64,000 nt of DNA, taken from positions 357 to 64,356 of the forward strand of contig DATARC010000170.1 of the NCBI GenBank assembly GCA_036264335.1, given 5' to 3'. The DNA is from Candidatus Dormiibacterota bacterium (GTDB lineage: Bacteria > Chloroflexota > Dormibacteria > Dormibacterales > Dormibacteraceae). Each line of letters starts with the position of its first letter. The first letter of the stretch is position 1. This document shows, in pieces, positions 34,865 to 44,463 of the stretch. The notes beneath the pieces were generated by a model. That model was not told the DNA's origin, ran no database searches, and worked only from the letters and a program-made list of their open reading frames with translations. A program made the translations under genes and the position numbers.

Positions 34865-36448
34865 CTACAGCGGGATGTTGCCGTGCTTTCTTGGGGGCCG
34901 CTCGACCGTCTTTCGCAGGCACAGCTCGAGGCCTCGTAGCAGCTCGCGGCGCGTCTCACGCGGCTCGATGACGTCGTCGATGTAGCCCCGCTCTGCGGCC
35001 ACGTAAGGGTTGGCGAATCGCGCTGTGTACTCGGCCACCAGCTCCTTGCGCCGCCCGCCGGGATCCGGCGCTGCCGCGAGGTCTCGCTTATAGATGATGT
35101 TCACTGCCGCCTCCGGCCCCATCACGGCGATCTCGGCGGAGGGCCATGCGAGGTTCAGGTCGGCGCCCATCTGCTTGGGCGACATCACGCAGTAAGCGCC
35201 GCCGTAATCCTTCCGCGTGATCACCGTGAGCTTCGGCACCGTCGCCTCGGCGTACGCGTAAAGAAGCTTGGCTCCGTGCCGGATGATGCCGCCGTGCTCC
35301 TGGTCGCGCCCCGGCAGGTAGCCGGGAACGTCGACGAAGGAGATGATCGGGACGCCAAAGGCGTCGCAGAAGCGGATGAACCGCGCCGCCTTGACCGAAG
35401 CGTTGATGTCGATGGCCCCCGCGAGCACCTTGGGCTGGTTGCCCACGATCCCGACGACGTGGCCGCCCAGGCGGCCTAGGCCCACGATGATGTTCGGCGC
35501 GAAGAACGGCTGGACCTCGAAGAACTCTCGATCGTCGAGCACGCGCGAGACGACGTGGCGCATGTCGTATGGCTTGTTCGGGGCCTCGGGCACGATCGTC
35601 TGCAGCTCAGGATCAGCCCGCTCCGGGTCATCGGTCGTCGGCAGGTACGGTGGGCGCTCGCCGTTGCTCGACGGTAGGTACGAGAGGAGCTTCTTGACTC
35701 CGGCCGCACAGGCCGCCTCCGTTTTCGGCAGGAAGTGCGCGACGCCCGATGTCGCGTTGTGGACTTCTCCGCCGCCGAGCTCGTCGAAGGACACGCTCTC
35801 GCCCGTGACGACCCGGATCACCTCCGGACCTGTGATGAACATGTAGCCCTGGCCGGCGACGATGAAGATGAAGTCGGTGATCGCCGGCGAGTAGACAGCA
35901 CCGCCAGTGCAAGGCCCGGCGATGACGCTGATCTGCGGGATGACGCCCGACGAGCGCACGTTGCGGAAGAAGATGTCGGCGTAACCGGCCAGCGCCACGA
36001 CGCCTTCCTGGATGCGCGCGCCGCCGGAATCGTTGATGCCGATGATCGGGACGCGGTTGCGAAGGGCGAGCTCCTGGACCTTGACTATCTTCTCGGCCGT
36101 CACCTCACCCAGGGATCCGCCGTAGACGGTCGCGTCATACGCATAGACGGCGACGGGGCGGCGGTCGATCTCGCCGAAGCCGGCCACCACACCATCCCCG
36201 GCGATGCGCCTGTCCTCCATGCCAAAACCCTGCGCGCGGTGGGTCGCGAAGACGTCGAGCTCGACGAAGGAGCCCTCGTCCAGCAGCATCTCGATGCGTT
36301 CCCGTGCCGTCGCCTTGCCTGCGGCCCGGCGCTTGTTTTCCGCAGCAGTGTCGGAGTGAAGGGCTTGGTAGCGGCGCTTGCGGTACTGGTTGATCTTCTG
36401 CTCTGAGACGGTGGTCGCGACGCGCTCAGGCGCCTCGACGTTCTCCAT
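34865..36448 (-). CDS. Acyl-CoA carboxylase carboxyltransferase (propionyl-CoA carboxylase beta/AccD5-like)
   Basis: DSGGARIQEG and a two-domain crotonase-like carboxyltransferase sequence. ATG 36448 (MENVEAP) chosen inside track ORF 34865..36658. Confidence 0.85.
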   Translation of the reverse strand: MENVEAPERVATTVSEQKINQYRKRRYQALHSDTAAENKRRAAGKATARERIEMLLDEGSFVELDVFATHRAQGFGMEDRRIAGDGVVAGFGEIDRRPVAVYAYDATVYGGSLGEVTAEKIVKVQELALRNRVPIIGINDSGGARIQEGVVALAGYADIFFRNVRSSGVIPQISVIAGPCTGGAVYSPAITDFIFIVAGQGYMFITGPEVIRVVTGESVSFDELGGGEVHNATSGVAHFLPKTEAACAAGVKKLLSYLPSSNGERPPYLPTTDDPERADPELQTIVPEAPNKPYDMRHVVSRVLDDREFFEVQPFFAPNIIVGLGRLGGHVVGIVGNQPKVLAGAIDINASVKAARFIRFCDAFGVPIISFVDVPGYLPGRDQEHGGIIRHGAKLLYAYAEATVPKLTVITRKDYGGAYCVMSPKQMGADLNLAWPSAEIAVMGPEAAVNIIYKRDLAAAPDPGGRRKELVAEYTARFANPYVAAERGYIDDVIEPRETRRELLRGLELCLRKTVERPPRKHGNIPL

Positions 36449-36509
36449 CGCGGGCGTGGTGCGGCGCACTGGAGTGAGGCTTTTCGGTCTGCGAGCGGCC
36501 ATACGGCAT

Positions 36510-37766
36510 ATGGTAGGCGCCGTGCTGAGCCGCCTCCGACAGGCAGGCGCCGAGATCCTGTCGCAGCCGGCTCTGTACTGGGCCATCGCCGGTGTGTTCT
36601 GGCTTCGCGTCATCGTTCTCTCGGCGCTCGTGCCCCGGCGCCCTGACGCAGAGGGCATGTGGGAAGGCGGCCGTGCGTACCTGACAGATCCCTCGCACCT
36701 CTATGACGCTGCCGCCGGCTACCTGGCGCAGACGCACGTCATCGCGCCGCCGGGCGTGCTGGCCGCCTTCGTCAGCCCGCCCCCGGTTGCGGTCCTTGCG
36801 ATACCGGTCGCGCTGCTGCCTCAAAACGTCGGCGTGGAGGTCTGGACTGCGATTGACGCGCTGGCGCTTCTCGGCGGCCTGCTGTTCCTCTACCGGCGCC
36901 TCGCGATCACGAACCGGCTGGCGCAACCGGTTTTCTGGCTCGTCGCCGCATACTTTCCGCCCCTGTTCGCCGACATGAGCGCCGGGCAGCGCGGCGGCGT
37001 GATCCTGCTCGGGGCGATGGCCTCGGTCTGGTTCGAGTCCAGCCGGCCCGCCCTCGCCGGGGCAGTGGGCGGCCTCGTCTCGGCCCTCAAGTACTACCCC
37101 GCGGCCATGGTGATCGGCACGCGTCCCGCGCACCGCGTGCGATACGCATTCGCCCTCGGCGTGGCGGTCGTTGCCGTCACAGCCCTGACGTTCCTCCCTC
37201 TTGGCGCTGGCGGTGCGATGTTCTATTTCCAGCACGTGCTCGTGCCGTCGCTGGCCTCCCACAACTCGGACTGCGCATACGACTCGGTGAGGACGCTGTT
37301 CGCCCGCACCATCGGGGGCGAGCCGTACCTGGTGCCGAGCGGCGGCGGCTATGTCCTGGTGACGTCGCCTCTGCACCTGGCCTCGCTTGCCCTCGTCCTG
37401 TCATATGCGAGCGCTGTCTTGTTTGCAGCGGGCGCGACGTGGGCGGCCTGGCGCAGCGGCTGGAACCCGGCCTACGGCATGGCCCTCGGTTTTGCGCTGG
37501 GCGCGCTGATCCCGAACGAGGTGTGGCCGTACCAGTGGCTGCCGCTGTTGCCAGTGGTCCTGCTCATCGCAGTCCGCGCCGTCGAGCGCCGGCGGTGGTT
37601 CACGCTGGGCCTACTGGGAGTTTGCCTGCTCGGTTTCTTCCGCCAGCCATGCGACCTGATCTTTCCGAACCTGTGGACCGTGGCCGCAATCGGGGTGTTC
37701 GCGTTGGCGCTGTGGGAGAATCGCCTTTTCCGTTTTGAGGTCTCATCGACCTCGCGTTCCGATTGA
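36510..37766 (+). CDS. GT87/DUF2029-like polytopic membrane glycosyltransferase
   Basis: More than 10 TM helices and a LKYYP-type motif. ATG 36510 chosen inside track ORF 36378..37766. Confidence 0.6.
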   Translation: MVGAVLSRLRQAGAEILSQPALYWAIAGVFWLRVIVLSALVPRRPDAEGMWEGGRAYLTDPSHLYDAAAGYLAQTHVIAPPGVLAAFVSPPPVAVLAIPVALLPQNVGVEVWTAIDALALLGGLLFLYRRLAITNRLAQPVFWLVAAYFPPLFADMSAGQRGGVILLGAMASVWFESSRPALAGAVGGLVSALKYYPAAMVIGTRPAHRVRYAFALGVAVVAVTALTFLPLGAGGAMFYFQHVLVPSLASHNSDCAYDSVRTLFARTIGGEPYLVPSGGGYVLVTSPLHLASLALVLSYASAVLFAAGATWAAWRSGWNPAYGMALGFALGALIPNEVWPYQWLPLLPVVLLIAVRAVERRRWFTLGLLGVCLLGFFRQPCDLIFPNLWTVAAIGVFALALWENRLFRFEVSSTSRSD

Positions 37767-37778
37767 GGGAGGAAACGC

Positions 37779-38489
37779 ATGCCGCTGAACGCTGAGGTCA
37801 GCTTCACCTGGGTGGGCCACGGTACCTGGAAGGTGCGCAGCGCCAAGTGGAAGGAAATCATCATCGACCCATGGGTCATGAACAATCCTGTCGCTCCCGA
37901 GAACTTGAAGAAGGTCGAGAAGTGCGACCTGATGCTCATCACCCACGGCCATTTCGACCACGTCCATGACGCGCTGGAAATTGCCAAGGCTCATAAACCA
38001 AAGGTCATCAGCAACTTCGAGATCACGAGCTGGCTTGGATCGAAGGGCGTTGATCCATCGACGCTGATCGGTGGCAACACAGGCGGCACCATCGACGTCG
38101 ACGGCATCAAGGTGACACTGGTCCATGCCGAGCACTCGTGCGGCATCACCGACGGCGACCACATCATCTACGGCGGTAACGCGCACGGCCTGGTGATCGA
38201 GTTCGAGAACGGGTTCACGATCTACTTCGCCGGCGACACCGACGTCTTCGGCGACATGGCCGTGATTGCTGAGCTCGGCAAGTTCGACGTGGCATTTCTG
38301 CCGATCGGCGACTTCTACACGATGGGCCCCGAGCGCGCGGCCAAGGCGGTGGCCCTCCTCGGCGTAAAGACGGTCGTGCCGATGCACTTTGGCACCTTCC
38401 CGCCATTGGTCGGGCGCCCCAGCGCCCTGCAGAAGCTGGTCGGTTCCGGGGTGCACGTGCTCGACATCAAGCCTGGCGACAGCGTCTGA
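37779..38489 (+). CDS. UPF0173 metal-dependent hydrolase (MBL fold)
   Basis: THGHFDH motif. Strong SD GAGGGAGG upstream. Confidence 0.8.
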   Translation: MPLNAEVSFTWVGHGTWKVRSAKWKEIIIDPWVMNNPVAPENLKKVEKCDLMLITHGHFDHVHDALEIAKAHKPKVISNFEITSWLGSKGVDPSTLIGGNTGGTIDVDGIKVTLVHAEHSCGITDGDHIIYGGNAHGLVIEFENGFTIYFAGDTDVFGDMAVIAELGKFDVAFLPIGDFYTMGPERAAKAVALLGVKTVVPMHFGTFPPLVGRPSALQKLVGSGVHVLDIKPGDSV

Positions 38490-38490
38490 G

Positions 38491-39801
38491 GTGGCCAAAA
38501 GGCGCCGGCGCCGCAGAAACGTAATCGGGGCTTCCGCCGCGTGGATGGCGAAGGCCATCAGGTCGGGCCGCATCTCGTCCGAGGAGATCGTCAGCGCCCA
38601 CATCGAGCAAATCGGAGCCATGAACCCGCACCTGAACGCGGTCGTCCGGACCGAAGGCCACAAAGCGCTCATCCAGGCTCGGGCCGCCGACCGCCACATC
38701 ACGCGCGGCGCCAAGCTCGGACCGCTGCACGGGGTGCCCTTCACGGTCAAGGACATCTTCGACACGGCCGGCGTCGTCACCACCGCCGGGCTGCGGAAGC
38801 TCGCGAGCAACGTCCCAACCACGGACGCCACCGTGGTCGCGCGGATGCGCGCCGCCGGGGCGATCATGATCGGCAAGACCAACTGCCCCCCGGGCGGGAT
38901 TGGCGACGACAGCGCCAACTCCATGCACGGCGGCACGAGAAATCCATACAACCTCAACCGGTCGCCGGGCGGCAGCAGCAGCGGCGAGGCAGCGATCATC
39001 GCCGCCGGCGGTTCGCCGATCGGCATCGGCAGCGACTCCGGCGGCAGCATCCGCCTGCCGGCGCACTTCTGCGGCATCGCCGCGCTGAAGCCAACCGCCG
39101 GGCGGGTGCCCAGCACGGGCGGCTACGAGCTGGTCGGAGGCCTGACGGACCCCCGCAGCCAGGTGGGGCCCATGGCGCGCTATGTCGACGACCTGTGGCT
39201 GTTGCTGCCGATCCTGGCCGGGCCGGACGGCATCGACTCCGGGGTCATTCCCATGCCACTGGCCAGGCGGCTCGGCCCCCTGAAGGGTTTGAAGGTCGCC
39301 TGGTACGCGGACGACGGCATCACGAAGCCGACGCGGGCGACCACCGCGGCAGTCAGGGCGGCGGCGAACGCCCTTCAGAAGGCGGGCTGCAAGGTCACAC
39401 AGGCGCGGCCGCCCGGCCTCGACGAGGCGCGAGAGGTGACCCTGGGCTACTGGGGCCGGAAGCGCATCGCCACGGAGCGGCTGTTCCTGCGCTGGGACGG
39501 ATTCCGGACCGGCCTGCTCGGTTTCATGGCCGAGTACGACCTCATCCTCAGCCCGGTCGCCGCCGGCCCCGCGCCCGAGTACGGCGCCAAATCCCGGCTC
39601 GAGAATCAGTTCAGCTACACCATTCCCTACAGCCTCGGCGGCAACCCCTGCGCAGTGGTGCGCGCTGGTACGTCGCCCGAAGGCTTGCCGATCGGGGTGC
39701 AGCTGGTGGCGCGGAACTGGTGCGACGACGTCGCCCTGAGCGCGGCCAAGGCGATCGAAAAATCGCTGGGAGGTTGGAAGGCTGCTAGCGTGATCCCGTG
39801 A
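38491..39801 (+). CDS. Amidase-signature family amidase
   Basis: GGSSSGEAA signature and FTVKD lysine. GTG 38491 or ATG 38545 inside track ORF 38389..39801. Confidence 0.8.
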   Translation: MAKRRRRRRNVIGASAAWMAKAIRSGRISSEEIVSAHIEQIGAMNPHLNAVVRTEGHKALIQARAADRHITRGAKLGPLHGVPFTVKDIFDTAGVVTTAGLRKLASNVPTTDATVVARMRAAGAIMIGKTNCPPGGIGDDSANSMHGGTRNPYNLNRSPGGSSSGEAAIIAAGGSPIGIGSDSGGSIRLPAHFCGIAALKPTAGRVPSTGGYELVGGLTDPRSQVGPMARYVDDLWLLLPILAGPDGIDSGVIPMPLARRLGPLKGLKVAWYADDGITKPTRATTAAVRAAANALQKAGCKVTQARPPGLDEAREVTLGYWGRKRIATERLFLRWDGFRTGLLGFMAEYDLILSPVAAGPAPEYGAKSRLENQFSYTIPYSLGGNPCAVVRAGTSPEGLPIGVQLVARNWCDDVALSAAKAIEKSLGGWKAASVIP

Positions 39802-41783
39802 AGTTCCGGTACTCCCGTTGGGACGGAACCCAACGGCTGGACGACCTTGACGCCGGGGACGTGCTCGATGCGCTCTCGGATGACTTGATGAACTACGGGG
39901 ACCTCAACGCAGCCTTGCAGCGCCTGCTTCGCTGGGGATCCCCAAACATGCCCGGGCTCGAGCAGCTGCTGAAGCAGCTGCGTGAGGCGCGTGAGCGCGA
40001 GCTGAGCCGCTACAACCTCGATTCGACGGTGGAGCAGCTGCGCGAAAAGGTGCAGGAGGTCATCGACACCGAGAGGAAGGGGATCGAGCGCCGTGTCAGC
40101 GAGTCGGAGACCGCTGACGCGAAAAAGCTGATGGAGAGAATCGCGCGCCAGCGCAACGAGCAGCTCGACCGGCTGCCTGACGACCTTGGCGGCCAGGTCA
40201 AGGGCCTGCGCGACTACGAATTCGTCGACGACGAGGCGCGACAGAAGTTCGAAGAGCTGATGCAGGGCCTGCAGAAGCAGATGGTCGACCAGATGTTCCA
40301 GGGCATGAAGGGATCGATCGAGCAGATGAAGGGCCAGGACCTGACGCGAGTGCGCGACATGGTGCGCGAGCTGAACAAGATGCTCGAGCAGCGCATGGAG
40401 GGGCGGACGCCTGACTTCAATGGGTTCATGGAGCGCTACGGCGACATGTTCCCGCCCGGCATCAACAGCCTCGACGAGCTGCTGGAGCACCTGCAACGGC
40501 AGATGGCACAGATGCAGTCGTTGCTGCAGAGCATGAGCCCAGAGGCGCGCGAGGAGCTACGCCAGATGATGGACGCCCTCCTCCAGGACGACTCGCTTCG
40601 CCTCGAGCTGGCCCGGCTGTCGGGCTTCATGCAGGCGATGATGCCGCCTTCAGAGCTGACCGAGCGCTATCCATTCTTTGGCGAGGACCCGCTTTCGATG
40701 GGCGAGGCGATGGGCTTGATGGAGCGCCTCCAGCAGATGGATCGCCTGGAGTCGCAGCTGGAACGAGGCAGCTTCAGGCCGGATGACGTGGACCGCTCGC
40801 TGGCGCAGCAGCTGCTGGGCGACGAGGCCAGGCAGGCCCTCGACCAGCTGCGCAAGCTGACCGACGTGCTCGAGAAGGCCGGCTATGTCGAGAAGAAGGG
40901 CCGGCGCATGGAGCTCACGCCTCGCGGCATGCGGCGCATCGGGCAGTCGGCGCTGCGCGACATCTTCGACCAGCTCAAGAAAACTCGCATGGGTCAGCAC
41001 CAGCTGTGGCGTGGCGGCATCGGCAACGATGCGTCGGACGAGCTGAAGGAGTACGAGTACGGCGATCCGTTCCTCCTCGACCTGAAGGAAACGCTCTTCA
41101 ACTCGATCGTGAGAGAAGGGCCGAAGGTGCCGGTGAAGATGGAGGCGAAGGACTTCGTCGTCCATCGCACCGAGCACGTCACGCAGGCCTCGACCGTGCT
41201 CATGATCGACATGAGCCGCTCGATGTTCTTGAGGGGCTGCTTCCTCGCGGCGAAGAAGGTGGCGATCGCTCTCGACTCGCTGATCCGCAGCCAGTACCCG
41301 CGCGACTCGCTCTATGTCGTCGGCTTCTCGAATTACGCGGTTGAGCTGAAGCCCCAGACGCTGCCGCAGCTCGCGCTCAACGACTACGTCTATGGGACCA
41401 ACATGCAGCACGGGTTTCAGCTGGCGCGGTCGCTGCTGGCGAAGCACCGCGGAAATCGCCAGATCATCATGATCACTGACGGCGAGCCGACCGCCCACCT
41501 CGAGGACAACGGGAGGGCGTACTTCGCCTATCCGCCGACGTTCAAGACCATCCAGCAGACGCTGCGCGAGGTGCGGCGGTGCACCCGCGACCGAATCGTG
41601 ATCAACACCTTCATGCTCGAGCGTGGCCCTTATCTCACAGAATTCATCAACCAGATGACGCGCATCAACAAGGGGCGGGCCTTCTTTGTCTCTCCGGACC
41701 GGCTGGGCGAGTACGTGCTGGTCGATTACGTGAGCGGGAAGCAGCGGCGTCGAGCCAGCAGCAAGCGGTCTCGAATCGCCTGA
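39798..41783 (+). CDS. VWA-domain protein with a long N-terminal coiled-coil region
   Basis: MIDAS DMSRSM...TDGEP in the C-terminal third. N-terminus MKFRYSRWDGTQ. GTGA overlap with the amidase stop. Confidence 0.75.
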   Translation: MKFRYSRWDGTQRLDDLDAGDVLDALSDDLMNYGDLNAALQRLLRWGSPNMPGLEQLLKQLREARERELSRYNLDSTVEQLREKVQEVIDTERKGIERRVSESETADAKKLMERIARQRNEQLDRLPDDLGGQVKGLRDYEFVDDEARQKFEELMQGLQKQMVDQMFQGMKGSIEQMKGQDLTRVRDMVRELNKMLEQRMEGRTPDFNGFMERYGDMFPPGINSLDELLEHLQRQMAQMQSLLQSMSPEAREELRQMMDALLQDDSLRLELARLSGFMQAMMPPSELTERYPFFGEDPLSMGEAMGLMERLQQMDRLESQLERGSFRPDDVDRSLAQQLLGDEARQALDQLRKLTDVLEKAGYVEKKGRRMELTPRGMRRIGQSALRDIFDQLKKTRMGQHQLWRGGIGNDASDELKEYEYGDPFLLDLKETLFNSIVREGPKVPVKMEAKDFVVHRTEHVTQASTVLMIDMSRSMFLRGCFLAAKKVAIALDSLIRSQYPRDSLYVVGFSNYAVELKPQTLPQLALNDYVYGTNMQHGFQLARSLLAKHRGNRQIIMITDGEPTAHLEDNGRAYFAYPPTFKTIQQTLREVRRCTRDRIVINTFMLERGPYLTEFINQMTRINKGRAFFVSPDRLGEYVLVDYVSGKQRRRASSKRSRIA

Positions 41784-41849
41784 GGGATCGCGGCGGCCTC
41801 CGCGCGGTTGATGCCGGTCGGAAGAGCGACTTCCCTATGATGAAATTCA

Positions 41850-43388
41850 GTGCCCAACAGGGATAGATCCGCGCCCGATCGCCGGAACCTCAGCCCGGCT
41901 GCCCTGTACGAGCACGCGATCAGGCGCGACGAGGCCGTGGTCGTGTCCACCGGGGCCCTGACGGCCGAAACCGGGCACCACACGGGCCGCTCACCGAAGG
42001 ACAAGTTCTTCGTCAAGGAGCCGACCAGCCAGGAGGCCATCTGGTGGGTGGCCAACCAGCCCATTGCGCCTGACAAGTTCGACGGGCTGCTGCAGCGTGT
42101 CGACGAGTTCTGCGACAGCCACGAGGTGTTCACCCAGGACGTCTTCGCCTGCGCCGATCCCAGGTATCGCCTACGGGTCCGCGTGGTCAGCGAGTACGCA
42201 TGGCACAGCCTCTTCGCCCACAACCTGTTCATCCGGCCCAACGCGGACGAGCTGCTCAATTTCGAACCGGACATCGCGGTGATCTCGGTGCCATCGGTCA
42301 AAGCCGACCCGAAACGCGATGGAACCAGAAGTGAAACCTTCATCCTGGTCAACCTCGCTCGACGCATCGTCATCATCGGCGGCACCGAGTACGCGGGCGA
42401 GATCAAGAAATCGGTCTTCACCGCCCTCAACTACTTTCTGCCGGCGCAAGGCGTGTTTCCGATGCACTGCTCGGCGAACGTCAGCAGCGGCGGCTCCGAC
42501 GTGGCGCTCTTCTTCGGGCTGAGCGGCACTGGAAAGACGACGCTCTCCGCCGACCCTTCGCGCCGCCTGATCGGCGACGACGAGCATGGCTGGAGCGACT
42601 CGGGCGTCTTCAACTTCGAAGGCGGCTGCTATGCGAAGACGATCAGGATCCACAAGGAATCTGAGCCTGAGATCTACGCCGCCACCGAGCACTTCGGCAC
42701 GATCCTGGAAAACGTCGTCTACGACCCGCGGACACGCATCCCGGACTACGACTCCGAGAAGTTGACCGAGAACACGCGCGCTGCTTATCCCGTCGACCTC
42801 ATCCCGAACGCGGTGCTGTCAGGCACTGGCAAACACCCGAGCAACGTCATCTTCCTGTCCGCGGACGCATACGGGGTCCTGCCGCCGGTGGCACGCCTCG
42901 ATGAGAAGCAGATTCGTCACTACTTCCTGTCGGGCTACACAGCCAAGGTGGCGGGCACGGAACGCGGAGTCACCGAGCCCGAGCCGATATTCAGCACCTG
43001 CTTCGCAGCCCCGTTCCTGGTGCTCCCGCCCGAGCGTTACGCGGACATGCTGATCGAGAGAGTCAACCGGCACCATGCCGAGGTGTGGATGCTCAACACC
43101 GGCTGGGTCGGCGGCCCGTACGGTGTCGGCCAGCGTATGTCGATCGCGCACACACGCGCGATCGTGCGCGCGGTGGTGCAGGGCAAGCTGCACGGCATGC
43201 CGTCGCATGTCGACCCCGTCTTCGGCCTGTCCATTCCGGACCACGTGCCTGAAGTGCCGCGGGAGGTGCTCGACCCGCGATCCAGCTGGGCCGACGCCGA
43301 TGCCTACGACAAGCAGGCCAACAAGCTGCGCGCGATGTTCGAGAAGAACATCCTCACGATCGGCAAGAGCGCATCGACATCCGGCTGA
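41850..43388 (+). CDS. pckA: Phosphoenolpyruvate carboxykinase (ATP)
   Basis: GLSGTGKTTLS and the typical ATP-PEPCK sequence throughout. Confidence 0.9.
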   Translation: MPNRDRSAPDRRNLSPAALYEHAIRRDEAVVVSTGALTAETGHHTGRSPKDKFFVKEPTSQEAIWWVANQPIAPDKFDGLLQRVDEFCDSHEVFTQDVFACADPRYRLRVRVVSEYAWHSLFAHNLFIRPNADELLNFEPDIAVISVPSVKADPKRDGTRSETFILVNLARRIVIIGGTEYAGEIKKSVFTALNYFLPAQGVFPMHCSANVSSGGSDVALFFGLSGTGKTTLSADPSRRLIGDDEHGWSDSGVFNFEGGCYAKTIRIHKESEPEIYAATEHFGTILENVVYDPRTRIPDYDSEKLTENTRAAYPVDLIPNAVLSGTGKHPSNVIFLSADAYGVLPPVARLDEKQIRHYFLSGYTAKVAGTERGVTEPEPIFSTCFAAPFLVLPPERYADMLIERVNRHHAEVWMLNTGWVGGPYGVGQRMSIAHTRAIVRAVVQGKLHGMPSHVDPVFGLSIPDHVPEVPREVLDPRSSWADADAYDKQANKLRAMFEKNILTIGKSASTSG

Positions 43389-43392
43389 CGCC

Positions 43393-43752
43393 GTGAAGGT
43401 GGCCATTGTCGGGAGCCGGCACTTCTCTGATCCAGATCGAGTTAGCGAGTATGTCGGGTCCCTGCCGCGTGGCGCATCGATCATCACAGGCAGTGCCAGC
43501 GGCGTCGATGCCGCTGCGACCAGCGCGGCTCGCGCCAAGGGCATTCCGGTGCATGTGATCCCCGCCTCGTTCGACGAGATGGCCGATCGGAAGAAATCGG
43601 CGGCGCGCAACCAGCGCTTGATCGATGCGTGTGATGTGCTGGTGGCCTTCTGGGATGGCGCATCGACGGGCACACGCCATACGGTGGAACGGGCGCTCGA
43701 CTCGGGCAAAGAGGTCCACGTCTTTCTGGGCGGGCCGCGCGGCGCTAAGTAA
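43393..43752 (+). CDS. SLOG-superfamily protein (DUF2493-like)
   Basis: VAIVGSR...IITGSASGVD..A...A...G motif. 119 aa. GTG 43393 chosen inside track ORF 43075..43752. Confidence 0.6.
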   Translation: MKVAIVGSRHFSDPDRVSEYVGSLPRGASIITGSASGVDAAATSAARAKGIPVHVIPASFDEMADRKKSAARNQRLIDACDVLVAFWDGASTGTRHTVERALDSGKEVHVFLGGPRGAK

Positions 43753-43761
43753 CATTGGGCC

Positions 43762-44463
43762 ATGGCTGTCGCGATCGCGGTGCGCGCGCGGCTCTTTGCC
43801 AGGCTGCGCGAGCAGGCCGGGACTGACACCGAGCAGATCGAGGTTCCTGCCGGGTCGACAGTTGCCGACGTTTACGAAACCATCCAGAAGTTGCATCCAG
43901 GCCTGCAGGCCGACCGGAACGCCGTGCGGGTGGCGCTCAACCAGGAGTTCACGAGCTGGACTTCGAAGGTCGCTGACGGCGACGAGGTCGCCTTCATCCC
44001 TCCGGTGAGCGGCGGCGCCCACGGCGTGGGCGTGCTGTTCGAGCTCACCTCGCGCCCGCTGGACGCGCGCCGGATGGAGACCGCCGTGGAGCACAAGGGT
44101 GCAGGCGCGATCTGCACTTTCACCGGCGTGGTGCGAGACAACTCGCGAGGTCGCTCGGTGACGCATCTCGAGTACGAGGCCTACGCCGAGATGGCGACGG
44201 CCCAGATGCGCAAGATCGCTGACGAGATCGCGGAGAAGTGGCCCGAGGCGCGGGTCGCGATGGCCCACCGCACAGGCCGCCTGGAGATCGGCGAACCATC
44301 GGTCGTGGTGTCCGTGTCGAGCCCGCACCGCGCGGAGGCGATTGCGGCGTGCAAGTGGGGTATCGATCGCCTCAAGGAAACCGTGCCGATCTGGAAGAAG
44401 GAGCACGCGACCGACGGCACGTACTGGATCGAAGGAGACGAGTCCCGGCCGGTCAGCTCCTAG
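43762..44463 (+). CDS. Fused molybdopterin synthase MoaD-MoaE (MoaX-type)
   Basis: The N-terminal ubiquitin-like MoaD ends in PPVSGG and is followed directly by the MoaE domain (EYEAY...HR.G.L..GE..V...VSS.HR..A). Confidence 0.8.
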   Translation: MAVAIAVRARLFARLREQAGTDTEQIEVPAGSTVADVYETIQKLHPGLQADRNAVRVALNQEFTSWTSKVADGDEVAFIPPVSGGAHGVGVLFELTSRPLDARRMETAVEHKGAGAICTFTGVVRDNSRGRSVTHLEYEAYAEMATAQMRKIADEIAEKWPEARVAMAHRTGRLEIGEPSVVVSVSSPHRAEAIAACKWGIDRLKETVPIWKKEHATDGTYWIEGDESRPVSS

